64,000 bases of DNA, from assembly GCA_036172245.1 (NCBI GenBank), contig JAYWIR010000031.1, positions 1,116,001 through 1,180,000 on the forward strand. The letters are read 5' to 3'. Made by a program: the position numbers and the translations under genes. The notes under the pieces were generated by a model. That model saw nothing but the letters and a program-made list of their open reading frames with translations. It was not told the DNA's origin and did not search any database. Below are positions 13,925-28,018 of the stretch, one piece after another (position 1 is the stretch's first letter; each line of letters opens with the position of its first letter). Origin of the DNA: Raillietiella orientalis (lineage: Eukaryota).

Positions 13925-14056
13925 ATCCAAATCTTTGTTCAGCAGGAAGAAGATCGCTCTCTTCTATTTCCCCAGCCATCAGCAGTTCATGCTCCGCCGT
14001 TGCTATTGGTTAGCCGGCAACGTGCAAGGTCAAAAGAATCAGGAAAATCTACAGGT
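13925..14056 (+). repeat. Diverged direct repeat, paralogous to 15682-15806
   Basis: ATCCAAATCTTTGTTCAGC...GGCAACGT...GAATCAGGAAAA is shared; reads SLFSRKKIALFYF...GNVQGQKNQENL. Confidence 0.7.
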
Positions 14057-14929
14057 ATGGTTAGTGCCGACTGTCCTTTGTGGATCACACTTCCAGAGAA
14101 TGCTACTAGAACACTGGTGGCAGAAACTCAGTGGGCGACCCAACCGAGTCAACCGTCGAAGAAGCAAGCAGGAAATGGTGGTGCATATACTTTACATTGT
14201 TTTACATTGTATACAGCAACTCTGATTATTGTGTTTCCGCGCTACTCAGTTTGCGTTTTTAATTTCTCTTGTTCAGCTTTCCAATCTACATAATTTTATT
14301 GTGCAGTTTGGGAATGAAATTAATTATGGAATTCGAATCGTGTTGTAGTTTCTCAGAAAGACAAAAGCGTGACCTCTTTTGTTGGGAGCACGGTGTCAAT
14401 TGATTCACCTGAGGATTTGCTTCTGTTTCGGAATGTAATCATCAATTAAATGAGAAAACGATGCTGGGAATCTGGTATCGGAGAGCTACCCATCTTATAT
14501 GACTACAAGCTACACTCGTCGCTATGTATTCATGAGCAGAATGCAAGGAAAAATAAGCGAGCTAACAGATGCCAGCCTCAAGAGGCCGTACTGTTTCTTG
14601 GACTAACTTCTTGAACTCCAAGCCGGTGTTAAGCATGCATATGTGTTGCGTTTTGCATTTCTAGCATGAAATTAAAGGGGTCCGCTAGTATTACCAGAGT
14701 ATGATAATACCGTGTGTGCACGCTACTCAATCGGTGAGCTAAGCGTCTTCAGCCACATTCGAAAGCCACATTTCGATTATTGGGATACAATTTGCGACTG
14801 AGGAGAAACGCAACAAATCCGTGGTGTCCTCTGGTGAAGCAGGAGAAGATGACTCGCGAGTTAATAGAAGAGTCGAGGAATGGATGGGGGAAAAGCAAGG
14901 GAGGAGACCAAACACGGGGTATTATCTCT

Positions 14930-15260
14930 CCTTTCGTCTCGGGAGGAGTGCAGACTTTAGAGCTAGCATTAGGACGCCTAGGAGCGGGATCTTGGCAAGG
15001 CGAGGTTCTCAGAAAACTCCAGGTCCTTTGCACACAAGCAGAAGATCTGAAGCAGAGGATGGCGTGCTTCAGCGTACAGCGCATCTGGGACGTGTACTCA
15101 GAGCAGCGGTTTGGGCCGCCCATAGCGACACCGCGAAAGCAACATGGCTCTTCCGACTGGATAACTAGATGGTGGAAATCGTGGACATCCTCCAAAACGT
15201 CCTTCATTCATTGCGCAGGAAAGATGTTGAACAAAGGATCTGGGATCAGATCATGAAATC
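14930..15260 (+). pseudogene. Possible death-fold domain remnant
   Basis: LGAGSWQ...EDLKQ...W, then after a frameshift LQNVLHSLRRKDVEQRI, resembling the last death-domain helices. Confidence 0.3.
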
Positions 15261-15681
15261 AGCAGAATTCTGTTGCACAAGAGCTGCTTGCTCTCAGAAA
15301 AGGCACTGAGGTCACTAGGGGAAATGCTTATGAGAAGTAATGATATCACCAAAGCACAGTTTCAGAAATGTTCATCTATTTAGTCCCATTACGAAGCAAT
15401 GCAAATTGTAAACTGAACGGAAATGTATGATAAAATTTTCATAAATGAACGAAATTTCAGCACTGTTTTTCAACATGTGACGTTAGTAAAGTTAATTTTA
15501 TTTACAAAACACTGACGCTAAATACATATATGGAAAATTTAATGACAGACGTGATGACGTATGAGCATGCTCCAAATCCTTAACTTTTAAAAGTATGGAT
15601 AGTATCGTCCATAATGGGGATAAAAAGCACGTCTGTGCCAGCGATGTGGGAATCCCCAATATCTTCTTGGTGCCCAGTAAT

Positions 15682-15806
15682 ATCCAAATCTTTGTTCAGC
15701 TGGAGAAAGATCACTTTCTTCTACTTCCTCAGCCTGCAATTCATGCTCGGTTGTTGTTGGTTCACCGGCAACGTACAGGATCAGCAGAATCAGGAAAACC
15801 TACGAG
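15682..15806 (+). repeat. Diverged direct repeat, paralogous to 13925-14056
   Basis: Reads SLFSWRKITFFYF...GNVQDQQNQENL. Confidence 0.7.
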
Positions 15807-17374
15807 CACAACATTAATACTCCACAATAGTTTCACTTTTCTTTTTTTGCTCACCCCACTCAAGAAGAGTTTCATCTTTAACGAAGTTTCCAAGTATTGG
15901 GAGTACGAATTGCAAGAGTCTTCTTGTCCATTGTTTATATAATATCATTATATAGCCCTATAGCTATAACCTTGAGAGAAAAGCTAAATTTGCTTTTTGA
16001 AAAATGTCGCAGTTTCTCGCTGATGCACTTTTAGCCTGATAACCGCTCACAGTTACGTAGTTGGTTCACCGTTACCAGCAGAGACCCATACGACGGCTGG
16101 ACCACAATATTACGCGTTTCTCGTCCAACCCTCAAACTCCATGCGATGCAAGATTTTTCGAGTGGCTTAGATTTCTCTGAGAAGAGCATCTGGTCGTCGA
16201 TAACTATTCAAGGCGCCAGTTATCTCATGATAAACGAAATAGAAATCAACGAAGGGTGATTATAAAATTCGAATCTTCGGTGCTTCAGACAAGGTGATTT
16301 CTGCAGCGCACCCTTCCGCGAGGAATGCCTTCGGGGAAATATTCGTCCCAGGAGCATCGAAAAAATCCAGAACGCTGACCAAGCAAAGCAAAAGGAACCT
16401 CTGAACTCATTTCGGATTTTTCTTCGTTTACTTTGAGACACATCATAAACAGAGTGGTCTTCTCCTGGCAGATATCTTCCAGCAAGCTACGGTAAAAACA
16501 AAAAGCCACTTACATCCGTTTTTTTGCTCTTTTAGCTTTCATGCCAACGAATTGCACGTGCGGTCCTCACGTCTCCTCTTTCTCAAAGCATACGGACCAC
16601 GTGCATTTCCCGGAGGTTGCATTTTTCCCAGAAGCAATTTAGTGGACTTGGCTATGGGGACACTCTCAGTCTTTACAGTGTCTTTTTCTCTATGGAACAA
16701 CGGGAAGAGCAGGGCGTTCAGAACGAATGACACGTGGAAACTGAGACTGAACTCCACTCACATCTTTCTTTCACGTGCACTCGAAACTCTTAAATTGTGA
16801 ACGCAAGATAAAGGTGTAGTGCAAAAGGGAAGCAGAGAATAAGAACCTGGAATGGTATACCTAGAAGACTTTTCATACGATCGTGGACTCAGCTGCTTTA
16901 TGAACAGTCAAACTGACTTCTTTCTGTTTACTGGAATCCTTCTTCCACGGTTGAGCTTGGACTTCATGGAGAACCATCTTAGAAAAGTAGGGTGGGTCCA
17001 AACTATACTGCAAAAATTTTTCCACTTTCACAGAAGGGTTTTACACTATGAAGTGTGGAGCTAGCATCTAATTTTCCATTCCAAAAGAAGTTCATCATAT
17101 CCCTTTATTGCTTGTTCAATACAGAGTCCTAAAAGAGGGAGTGGTTCGTATTGAAGATGGAAAGAACAGCATTTAGAGTACCTGGCAAACACTAGAGTGA
17201 TGGAGGGGGGAGGGGGTAAACAGTGCCAAAGAACAGTGTCCTTGCAGAACTGCTCAAGCTCCTATAAGTGTCAAAAGTCAAAAGGACTGTGCTGAAAAAT
17301 AATTCCTTTCTTTCAAGAAAAAAAGGAAAAGCGTCGTCTGGAATTTTCTCGCTAAAAAAAAGCTCATCCATATG

Positions 17375-18138
17375 TCAACTTTTGGATTTATCTTTCATCT
17401 TTAGTAGACGAAGTAAAAGTTTTCCTTTTGCAGCAAAATTCCACGCTTTATTACCTTCCATTTTCCAGCCGGATTTCTTGCTCTTAGGAGTCTTCACTCT
17501 CAGGTGCCACGGTGAGCTCTCTTTTGCCCCTGCATGCATCCAAGACGGATTTAGAGCGAGGTACACCACTTTCCTGTCTCCGCGATGCGTGGAGTGCAAT
17601 CCTTTCTCTGCTTTCCAGGCTTAAAAGCTCCTTCGTCAGTTCTGGCACTATGCGATTCAAAAGTCGGGTCTTGGGAACAAAATGCTCTGTGGTAGCACGC
17701 ATTACGTGAAACTCTGCCTCCTGTGGTCGCGGAGGTTTGATGTGCACTTCCCAGATCTGCTCGAAAAAGCAGCCTCACATCCGTGACCCCATTTTTGAAA
17801 GTTGCTGTTCAGCCATTCTTTGCTGCACCATACTGAGTGACCTAGAAATCAACCACGGGCATTTAAATTCTACTATTCCCTTGTTGGTAGTTGCACCTGT
17901 CCTTCTGTTTTAGAATCTTTAGATTCTGAGGAAACTGCACGTAGAAATTCGATTCATCAATGTGCTGGGATGCTGATTTCATGATTTGAAAGCATTCGTG
18001 AGCAACTAAAAATGTACACTCTTTCGCGCATCTGCTTCTCTTAAGCAATTCACGCTTGCCGCACGACTCTTTCAATAAACTGAGCTCCCCTTCAGATGAG
18101 TGGGAGGCCCTTCGTAGCAACACGAAATCATTGTACAA
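17375..18138 (-). pseudogene. Apaf-1/Ark-like (CARD?)-NB-ARC fragment, frameshifted
   Basis: EHFVPKTRLLNRIVPELTKEL, then IALH/(G)IAETGK (Walker A across a 1-nt frameshift), then W...KGKLLLRL. Order and spacing resemble Apaf-1 FVTRKKLVNAIQQKL...HGMAGCGKS. Confidence 0.45.
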
Positions 18139-18579
18139 AAAATAAACAAATAAAATAAAGCTGTAATGAAAAGTACCAGTCCTTTCGATTTAAATTACCA
18201 GTGGGTTTTATTAAACGACTGAGTCCATCCGAAAAGTAAAGTTGAAACTTTTCGACCGCGTCCGTGGGTTTATTTCATCAATGCTTCAAGGACGGTAAAG
18301 AGTGACCAAGAATGGTAAAGGAAGGCGCTGTTCCAGTGGGTCCACTGCAACCAAGCGGAGCTCCATGTCATCTCCTGTTTACATTCCTTCCTGCCTGATC
18401 TTTTTAAAATCTAATAGCTCCCCCAATTTCCCTGAACGATCATCCGATTCAAGGTCTTCCAACTGTTCCCAAATCCGAGTCCACTAGTGGAGGAAGCAAA
18501 TGAGCTCTGAATGACGATGCTGTCTGAAGGGGAGGATGAGGTGAACGTAGAGCAACCAACACCGGGAGCGAAAACATTC

Positions 18580-19950
18580 CCGCCTACTCTACACAAGAAG
18601 ATCGCCAGGCAGCCTCCACAGCAAGGTACAGCAATCCGTTGCAACCTCGAGCAAAGAGTAAAAGAGGAATTGCTGCTACTGAGCTTTCGGTACTCGTGAT
18701 TGGATAGCAAGAATGAAATAGTTTGTCATTACCAGGGTGGTTTTTTTTTCCTTGCCGGAAGGAGTTCGGAGACATCCAGCTAGCTGAGAAAGATCCTCCC
18801 AGACGAGAAAAACCACCGTCTTTCGACCGCCGCCTTGTGGGCGCTAGTTGCAACCACGAACAAATCGGTGTTTGGAGGACAGGACAGGATAAAAAAAGAA
18901 TTTCAAACGAATGTTCCTTGGAAAAATGGGAAAGAGATGCTTGCAAAGAACTCTTTGACCTCTTGATATCTCACTTGCTTTGGATGTAAAAGAGCATCAT
19001 CCCTTCAGATGGACTGTTAACCCCGGAAAGATTAGTGCTATAAATTGTGGGTGTAGCTTCAAAAAGAGAAAGAAAAGGACCGGTGCGCTGCTACAAGATC
19101 CCATGCGTTTGTTGACATGTCTTGAGGAGTGCTGGTTGCCGAGGAACGGAGTTTCGGCTAATTTGCATAAATGGTAAAGCTTAAAGAGATGATGAAGCTC
19201 TGACAAAAAAAAAAAAAAGGGTTGTTGAAAAGATGGTAACTCATGAGTGAGGAAATGAGATTGAGTGAGAATAATCGGGAAGCTCCTTCTAATGATATTC
19301 GACGACAGCTTTATGCTGGCTACAGGTGGCTTCTGTAGCTGTTGTCGTTGTAACCTTTGGGACGGGGCGCTTCCTCACATAACAAATCACTGCATGAGGC
19401 ACCCTCATCTGTACACTGCCCCTCGTGCTGCAATGGTGAACAAGATCAAAACAGCAGCAGTAGAAACAGCAAGGTGGGAAGTGGTGTCCTCGAATCAGCG
19501 CGTGTCTGGAATTGATGCAACTCTGAGGCCAGATCCGGTATTACAGAAGGACAACGGTGTGGTGGAGCTGGGCGTAGCTTGTTCCTTGAGAATGGGAAAG
19601 ATGTCTCCAGCATAGCTAGGAATGAGAACGTATTCGAATAACAAGATGCTTCCAGCCAGCAATCCAAGAAAGGAGTCGATGCAAAGGTACTGGACAGCAT
19701 CACTGGACCTTTGGGAAGCTGGAACTCCACCAATGAAGCAGTCCTTCCGTGTCCACTTGGGGTCCCGCGGTTGTTTTCGGATAAGACGAGGGCAGCTCAA
19801 GGTTGCCTCATGCATTCGCTACACTCGCGACATCTATTAGATGAGCGACACATCGGCTTGGACGCTGACCGTATGATGCCCAACACCTGCTACAAACTCG
19901 TAAAGAGCAGCAGCAGCTTTTGGACGGAAAGAAAGGTAACACCGTCTACA
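18580..19950 (+). mobile_element. Highly degenerate Ty3/Gypsy pol remnant
   Basis: In order: LEQRVKEEL, KEFGDIQLAEKD, IIPSDG/NPGKISAI, ATLRPDPVLQK and SLDLWEAG (RT to integrase); no LTRs seen. Confidence 0.45.
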
Positions 19951-20599
19951 GAATGTCTCAATGAGTAAAATTTATTGTGGCATCCTTCGTAACGCCACTT
20001 CGCTGACCAGGAAGGAAGAATGGGAGATGGGAAGAGCTCTCCTTTCAATTAGCACTGTTGTAGCTGTTAACTTTGTTATTGTTTAGTGGACTGTAGTAAA
20101 TTTTTAAATGCTCGTAGATTCACAGCCTTTTTAAAACTTGGTTCTAAAGTAGAGGAACCCTATCTATCCTATTTATTTTCACTTGCAAAAAGAGCTTTGC
20201 ATTCCCTGCTCAGTGGTTTCTTTAACGATTTCAGGGTTCCCAGATCCCTTTAATTTATGAAGACACTTTTGATGTTGAACACTTCATTATTAAAGCTGCA
20301 TCCATTTAAATATGCCCCATCTTGGACTGAACACCCCAGACGGACTCGACTGAGGTTTCGGCCCTTCTCTTATCAAAAATTCACCCCACATCTTCAGATT
20401 CCCCATTTTCCAGAAAGACCTTTTAGATACACTAACCATAGAACAGCAACAGAAAAGGGAAATCCTAAATTCTTGCTGATCTGCTAGAAAATTCTCAAGA
20501 GATCTCTGAACGTAGGAACAGCAGAACTGGAAGCAGAAAAATCATGGAAGAACTGGCACTATTCGTTTTGAGTCTCTTACATTGAGCGAGACGCAGAAA

Positions 20600-22295
20600 T
20601 GCAGTTGGGAAAGGGATTCATGCTAAGATCTTGCTATGATTGTCAACTCTGATGCCCCCTGGCAACGAGTACTTGGATTCTACCGGACGTCCTTTTTCCT
20701 TCTCAGTTTCTCACTCCTTATCTGAATTCTCTTCTGTTTCTCAAAAATATTCACCGAGAGTCCAGACCAGAACTGCAGTCGATCGCGTTATATGGCTAGA
20801 CTGCGAGGAGTTGTCCAGCTCACTGAATGAAGGCTCCTGCAACTAATTTCCAGGCAACGGTGATTTGGGCTCCTTTCTTAGAACGAACTCTCTTTGCCTT
20901 GGTTTTCGTTGAGGAAAGTCTATGGCGGAGCGCACGCGTCCACAGGTCTTTAAAACCAAGTGCGAAAAATGTTTGGGAACTTTGGAATACCAAAGGAATT
21001 GTGCATCCAAGGACCGAAGGTGGCTGAATGGATAGATCTCTGGATATTTGTGTTTTGAAGATCCTGTTCTGTCCTTGATTTCTTTTACCCTCCCTGTGGC
21101 GTGCTCCTGAACGCCTCGTCCTCTGGTGTTGCAGAGACAGCGAAGGACTGCTTTCGCTGGTTGTTGAGCGACCGCACGAGATGTGGGGATCCGGTTTCCC
21201 GTTGAGGCAGCTGGCCTCCCTTTGGGAAGTCCACTCTTGGGTCTCCTGACGTCCCACGAACTGGAACGCCTGTCGGGAGGCGGCGGCGGAGAACTGGGTT
21301 GGGCACTGTGGAAGTGTGCCTAGACATACTTCGTCACTTGGGAACTCTCCTCCTCAACCCGCTCGGGTGTATCCTGCAGGAGTGCAAGGGGTGGTCCCGT
21401 CTGAATGCCAGGCTTCTTGCCGCAACGCTGTCGGTCCTAAGGGCAACCAGCGACAGTTGCCAATCGGACTAGTGGGGGTTCTGCATCGTTGCAGGAACGA
21501 CCAAACTCCTTGGCAGCTAGAAGGGGAGTGAGCTGGTGGACGCCGCCACTCTGCGTTATCAGGTAAAGGGAGTGGAGTTTTGGCAGAGCACCAACTTTAG
21601 AGTGAGCTCCCCGATGACCTTGTGGTTCTTCTTTTGTGTGCGAACACTTCGGTATTCCTCTTAAACCAGAAGCAGGAGATGCGGCTGTTTCTGCGCCCGG
21701 GTTCCCAGTGCAACCAGAGAAGACACCTCGTTTCCGGGAGATTTGCTGATTACCTGACTGTTGCCATCTGTTGCCGGACTGCTGTGGAGTACACGAATTC
21801 TAGCGGAGGCTGCCTCCGGCGCTCTTGCTCCCGGAAGACATCACCAAGGACTTGCTGCGGCGATTCTTCGCTCAAGGCGGACCCCCCACACAGATGTCCT
21901 GTCTTGCAGCATCAGCAATCCGCTTCATCATCACAGCCTGCTATGTGCTGGAGTCTCGAACGCAGCGGAGGGAGGTCACCCGTCTGACAAACGCCTACAC
22001 GAGGACGGCTGCGGTGCGGCCCCACCTGCAAGAAAAAGCCAAGCTGGAGATCGTCGGTATCGGGAACCGATACCGAGAGGAAAGGATAGCCACCAGCAAA
22101 GACCCCTGTCTCCACCTTCCTCTCATTTATTCGCTTATTTATTTATCGTCCTTCCTCTCCTACTCCGGCATTTCTCAGTGACCGAACTGCGTGTCGGTGG
22201 ATGTTCTCCTCGAAACTGTTTATTCGTTTTTGCTGTTTCGAAAACTGCGTTCCCAACTTGTTTGTTTGCTCTAAATAAACACCCCCCGCTGACCC
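20600..22295 (+). mobile_element. 5'-truncated Tx1/L1-like LINE
   Basis: VIWAPFLERTLFALVFV...HPRTEGG, LFLRPGSQCNQRRH, RTAAVRPHLQEKAKLEIVGIGNR; pyrimidine-rich 3' UTR; ends AATAAACACCCCCCGCTGACC. Confidence 0.6.
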
Positions 22296-22560
22296 CGTTT
22301 CGAGAGGGTCCCGTTGCAATTTCAGGAGCAGCTTCCTCTCCATGGAAACCGAAGTATGCACCGAGGTACGAGGACGGAACTGGATCGAGTCGCTGCTCCT
22401 GGGTGGATGCATGCATTCCAAATCAAGCTGCGCATCTCCAGGAATCCTCGAGACTCATGCAATTGAAAGCGCTGGATTGCCTGCTACTGCTGGCTTACAC
22501 AGGAACCTTCTCAGCATTGGCTCCACTACTGGAAGCTTCTCTTCCAAAAGCGCCCTAGAG
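22296..22560 (-). mobile_element. LINE RT C-terminal fragment, antiparallel to the preceding element
   Basis: VVEPML...SSYLGAYFG (YLG thumb motif) on the minus strand. Confidence 0.4.
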
Positions 22561-22969
22561 ATGTGTGTTTCTTCGAGATGCGTGGCGGTCGGGACCACCA
22601 TCCCGTCACTTCATCTATCTTTACTTGGTTTCTGTTAGAAAAACAACCCGTCCTTCTAAGATTTCAAATGGGAAATCAAGGAGAGGAGAAGGGGAAGGGA
22701 GCGGATTCCATTTTGAATTTTCCCTGGTCCTCGCCCCTCTTCATTGGAATTTGACAAGTACCACCCTTCCTCCTCCATGTGTCCCTCGACTTGGCAAGTG
22801 GCTATAAGAGGCCTGGAACATGATAAGAAAAAAAGTTGTGCTCACGGGAACATGGGAGCTTTTTTATTCCATGCTGTGCTCACGAGAAAAGGCTGCATCT
22901 CAGTCTGAACTCCCTGGAAGAGATGCTATTGCCCAAAGGGTCGCAAATGGTCGATGCTGATCAACATTC

Positions 22970-23920
22970 TGAACGCCGAAGTCCCGAGAGATCGTGAAAA
23001 ATAAATTCACATGCTTATTATATAATCAATATGTATTAATCTATACATAAGAATAAATTTGTGGGCTTATTATGTGTATTAATATACATAACAAGCACAT
23101 AAGGTATCTAAACATAAGGTATTTATCATATATATTAATACATGCAACAGGCATATAAAATTATTTTTTATGTATAGATCAATGCGCGAATTTATTTAAA
23201 CATGCATATTTATTGATATGTATCAACATATATGTGATTGATGTTATTATTATTTTTTATACTGATACTATTTTAATGTTACTTCTTGATTAACATGCAT
23301 TAACATGCATATTATTAATGCAATTAATAATACATATTAATATATTTTCGATCTTTATAGTAAAGATTAGGAAAAAAGCAAACATTCATGCTTATTACGT
23401 GCATTAGTGTATATTCATATACATAATCCATATATATCAAATGAATTTATAATTGATTAATATCCAATTTTCAAAAATGAAGAATGATGGTGGCAATTAA
23501 AAAATAGTGGGGAAAAAATAAAAACTAAAGAAAAGCAAAAAAGGGATTCTTGCATTTAATGTTCCTGTTATTTCCGACAGTCAGTAACTGAAACCTTTCC
23601 AGTAAATGATGAATTCTATTTTCGGCATCTTGCTTGTCAGATAAATACGAATGCTTACAATTTAATTTATTATTTTTCATATTATTTATAAAATTCGATG
23701 TTTATACATTCATTTAACGTACATTTATTACATGTATAAATGATATTTATATATGTAACATTCATTAGTTATATTAATAATTTGGATGTTAATAAATATT
23801 AACAAATATGCCTATTAATCTGTATTTAAACATACATTCATATACGTGATAGGCATATGCGTTTATTTTTCATAATCTTTATGGCATATATTACATCACA
23901 TACTAATGTATAGAAAAATT
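22970..23920. repeat. AT-rich repeat family member
   Basis: Begins GAACGCCGAAGTCCCGAGAGATCGTGAAAAATAAA (family end motif); the internal AGTGGGGAAAAAATAA segment matches the reverse complement of ~34790-34830. Confidence 0.55.
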
Positions 23921-24109
23921 TGTAGAGGAGACACGTATTCCCGCAAATGATAGCAGTAGCTGCCCAGTGGTAAGAATAGCAGAACCGGAAGCAAACTGTT
24001 TGGGAGCTAAACGCAAGATCACTTTCGTCTCTTCCTTGCCACACTGCAGCACCATACTCACACTATACTCTTAAGATGAAAGCAGATCATTCGTGCTAAC
24101 ACCAGACGT

Positions 24110-25200
24110 CTCTATGGAGAACCCTCCCATGCGCCTAAGAAGGGTTTCCTGGAGCCTTGAAAATTCTACAGCAGTCATGCATCCGGAGGACGAATGATGT
24201 GGCTTTAGACATTCGCCTCTGCATCTGTCGCAGCTTTGCCTGTATTCTCAAGGAACCCAAACGGATTCGAGTGATCCATCCCACTTGATTCAGAATGATT
24301 CAAGAGGCCAATACTCATTAGTCTTCGACCAAAAAGCTAAGGTCCGTTCCTCCTGGAACTATCAGCAATTTGAAAACCCCTGAAGATTTCATCAACCTGG
24401 TGAGAATGTTTGCACAAGAAGCGTCGGAGGGATGCCATCGAGTTCTAGGAAGGATGCGCTTACGAGCAGCATCTGTGAGAAAGCCGGCTGCATGGAGTCC
24501 TGCAATTATTTATGTCCCCACAAAGCAGCTATGTATTTGTACATCCGTGATACATGGTCTTGGACCCTGAGCCAGCCCACCGAACGGGAGTCAGTGGGCT
24601 GGCGTAGGGTCGCCTTCCCGCACGAAGGAAGACATTTTCTTCCCCTCCCGGCAGAATGGACTCTGATCATTTCTGAGGCTGCATCTCTGGGAGGTCTCCC
24701 AATAGGAGTGCGTGGTTTCACGACGAAGTCGAGTCTGCAGAGCAAGGACATCAACTACGAAAGCGGAACATTCTCCGCCTGGTCCAAGGAGATCAAAGTG
24801 AGCTCTCTGCTTGGAGATCCCGCCGACTCCTGAACACTCCGACCCGCATGCCTTGGAGAGCCGAGTCTTACAAACTGCTGGTCAGGGACAACTGGGCGAC
24901 CGGAACATCCAGGTGTTACGTGCTGCCGATTAAAACACCTTTGCATGATCGGCTCCTGTAAATTGGTGATCGCGGAGATCCACGTGCGTTGGAGAATGGG
25001 GATCAGGATGACTGCGGTTACCCAAATCAGCAGGCTGCATACTGAAATCCAGGACCAAAATCCTTGGAAGAATTTTTGCTCAAAGCAGCGCACCGCGCCA
25101 GCAAACAAAAGAGCAAAGAGGAATTCGTGATACCTGCCTTCAGGAGCCGTCCTCCTCCTAGAAGCACAGCTGCGACCTATTTGTGAATCGGGATCCCTCC
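24110..25200 (+). mobile_element. Possible DIRS-like RT/RNase H remnant
   Basis: Weak motifs only: LWRTLP, LGRMRLRAASV, IISEAASLGG (cf. TDAS..GWG), KDINY (cf. HIN.LE), GIRMTA...SRL. Confidence 0.25.
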
Positions 25201-25423
25201 GAGGGAGCTTCCGTTCGGTCTCTTCGGAATGAGTTCCTCCAAGGTGTCACCATGCGTTTTTGAAACTGCAAAACTACTCGACCGCAGAACCATCAACGCT
25301 GTTGGTGGATACCATGCAGTCGTCTCGTTGCTGTGGAGGAAACTTTTGTGCGAGAACTCACCGGGATAATCCACACAGGAACTCGTAAATTACGATTTTT
25401 ACACGATAGGCATGCCGAGACAA

Positions 25424-25456
25424 ATAATAATAATAATAATAATGATGATGATGATG
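25424..25456. repeat. Compound (AAT)n(GAT)n microsatellite
   Basis: Read directly from the sequence. Confidence 0.9.
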
Positions 25457-25864
25457 GGGATTCTTAAGAACGATCCAGAGAAAGCGCTCACGGATCGCTC
25501 TCACTGAGACAAGCGAGGCGACCGGGAAGACGGAAGGAGACCGGGAAGGGTTCCCACACGAAATTTCAGCTTCGTGTGATTCCCCTCGAGGTTTGGTCGT
25601 TTCCTGGTTTCGGCTCCGAAGTGCCTCGCTCCCGAAGACGCCCGATCAGGTCTGCTCCTGCTCCCCTTCGTATCCAGTTACGAGACCATGAGTCCACCAC
25701 CTCTTTGTGGCCCAGGGAGGCTTCCACGGGTAACCCGATGATGAACTTTCCAGCCACTTTGAACTCCCTTCCACCCCCACGTGTAACCAAGGATACCGTC
25801 TTGCCCTCACCTGCTCGGATGACGGTGAACTTCCTGTCGTTCCCGGAATCGTCCGACACGCGTG

Positions 25865-26400
25865 GGGTCCGAAATTCCGAACGTCCAAACCTGGGATGTC
25901 GGAATCTCGAATTTAAAAATCAATGCATTCATTTCTTGTATACCTTTATGTGTATGCATATATTCATGTATTGATTGAATACATAAATATTATAAGCATT
26001 TATATTTGTCATACGATCAGAATCCTGAAAATATAATTTATTACCAGAAATCATATGAATGCATGATTCGATATATTTATTATGTAAATAAACGTAATTT
26101 AATGTATATATTTATATTATAACCCTCAATGTACATATCAATAAGATATGGGTATATATTATGAATTACATTAATAATATGCATGTTAAAATACATTTGC
26201 TTATTTCGTATATTTGTGTATATAATCAGTGTATATATTAATATTTACAACTATAGAAATATACATACGTTCATTGTGTATATATTAATGTACACAGTAA
26301 GCATATGTGTTTATTATTAACAGTCTTTATGATATACATTAATTTGTATATAAATATATTTATTTTTTAGGATCATTCGGGGTTTCGGCGTTTGATCGTC
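25865..26400. repeat. AT-rich foldback/MITE-like element
   Basis: CCGAA-rich left end (CCGAAATTCCGAACGTCC) and inverted right end (TTTATTTTTTAGGATCATTCGGGGTTTCGGCGTT) flank an AT-rich core. Confidence 0.55.
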
Positions 26401-28018
26401 AAGGATACAGACGCCACGTTTTCAGACGATTGCCTGGGGGAAAGGGGGGATAGAATATATCTTTTGGCCGGTGGACACGGGAGAATGATTTTGGGAGTGC
26501 GTGCCGAAGGCGCGCTTCAACTCTTGACGTGTTGAAGGAGCAGAAGTGAGAGAAACGCGGGGGTGGAAACCTTACGGAAGTTGAAGAGAGGTTTGGGTTT
26601 CGGAGAGATTCTGAAGTCGACATTGGAAGACGCCAATCTGCCTCGCAGGTGAAAATGCCCGCAGCTGCTTCTCGACTTTGGAAGTGCTAACGGCAGTCTT
26701 TCCTTTGAGTGCGTGGCAATTAGCCATTCTAAATATTCATCTCATTGCACGATCATTGGCTTTCTAGAAAAAATGACTGTTTCAGGGGCTCCTAAGACGA
26801 AAGATCGACAGACAACGAATTGCTTATTTCCAGTTTCCTCTTGTTTGATAGAAGAACGGATGAAGAATCACGGGAAAGGCCAACGGGAAAAGGTTCATGG
26901 AAAAAGATTCTACTTTCCGGAGGGAGCACGGTCGAAGAGCAAAGCAAGTATTTAAGGAGAGCAGAGCTATTTGACATTGGATGCAACAGAGGGATGGATC
27001 CTTTCTCCGTTGTTCTCTGAGCATCCTATACACGGGTGAGGAACACGAGTTCGGGAGTCTGACCTGGTGCAGATGCTTTCAGGACAAGCAAAAGCGATCG
27101 TCGCTGCGACTCTCTTCTTGTGCTTCGCTTTTCGAACCTTTCAGCATCCATCTGGCCTTCGTCCGATGCGCATCCGAATCTCACGAATGAAGGATCCTTG
27201 GGGAAACCACAAAACTTGGTGGAGGCAATAGGGAGCGTTCGTGTCGCTGGCTACATCCAGAGTGTCCGACTGGAGTGTACTATCGATTCTGGCCGTCAGT
27301 ATGCGTCATGCTGCATGTTGTCTCTTGGACAAAGAGCGTTTGGCTCCACCTATTGCCTCCAAGCATCGAAAAGAAGCATTGCGAAACATCTGCCCATGAG
27401 GATATTTCTATCTCGGATATTTCTTTGGAATATCCTCTCCTGACCAAGTTGCCATCGGCGCTATGAAAACTCTTCCCGTCTGCTTGCCTAACGGTCATTT
27501 GCATTCCCGGTCGGCTACAAAAAGTGCAACTGATGGGAGACAACGCACTTGCCGGGTACCTTCCACCTGGCAAGTGCGCTTACAAAGGAATCTCCCATTA
27601 CTCGGAGGTTAAATTTTTCGGCGAGCTACGAGATTACAGGCGCGTGAGAGGAGGGTGCTGAAATTCATGTGGCATGCTTCGTGAACTTCTTTCGCAAAGG
27701 AATTTCAAATGCAAGGCTTCCAATCCTCGTAAATAGCATTCTCCTGAAGTGCCAAAAGTCCGTAATGGTAATCCAAGAAAGTTGGGCGTTGATCGCAGGA
27801 AGTTCAGTTGTGCTTGGGCGGAAGTAGATGCGCAAGCTGCATGCTTCACTTACCGTGAGTCTGCTGAAGCCAAAAAAGAATACGCAATGCCGGAAAGAAT
27901 TTTACCACAAAAGACAAAGAGTTGAAAGAGACTGGCGAAACTCGAAACAGGAAGGTGTGATGCTTCGAGCAAATCCTGGAACTCCGGCAGCAGCTCATGA
28001 CGAAAACTCGGATTGAAA

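Noticed and set aside
21761..22558. 265-aa + ORF
   Set aside because: Crosses a LINE C-terminus, its 3' UTR and an antiparallel LINE fragment
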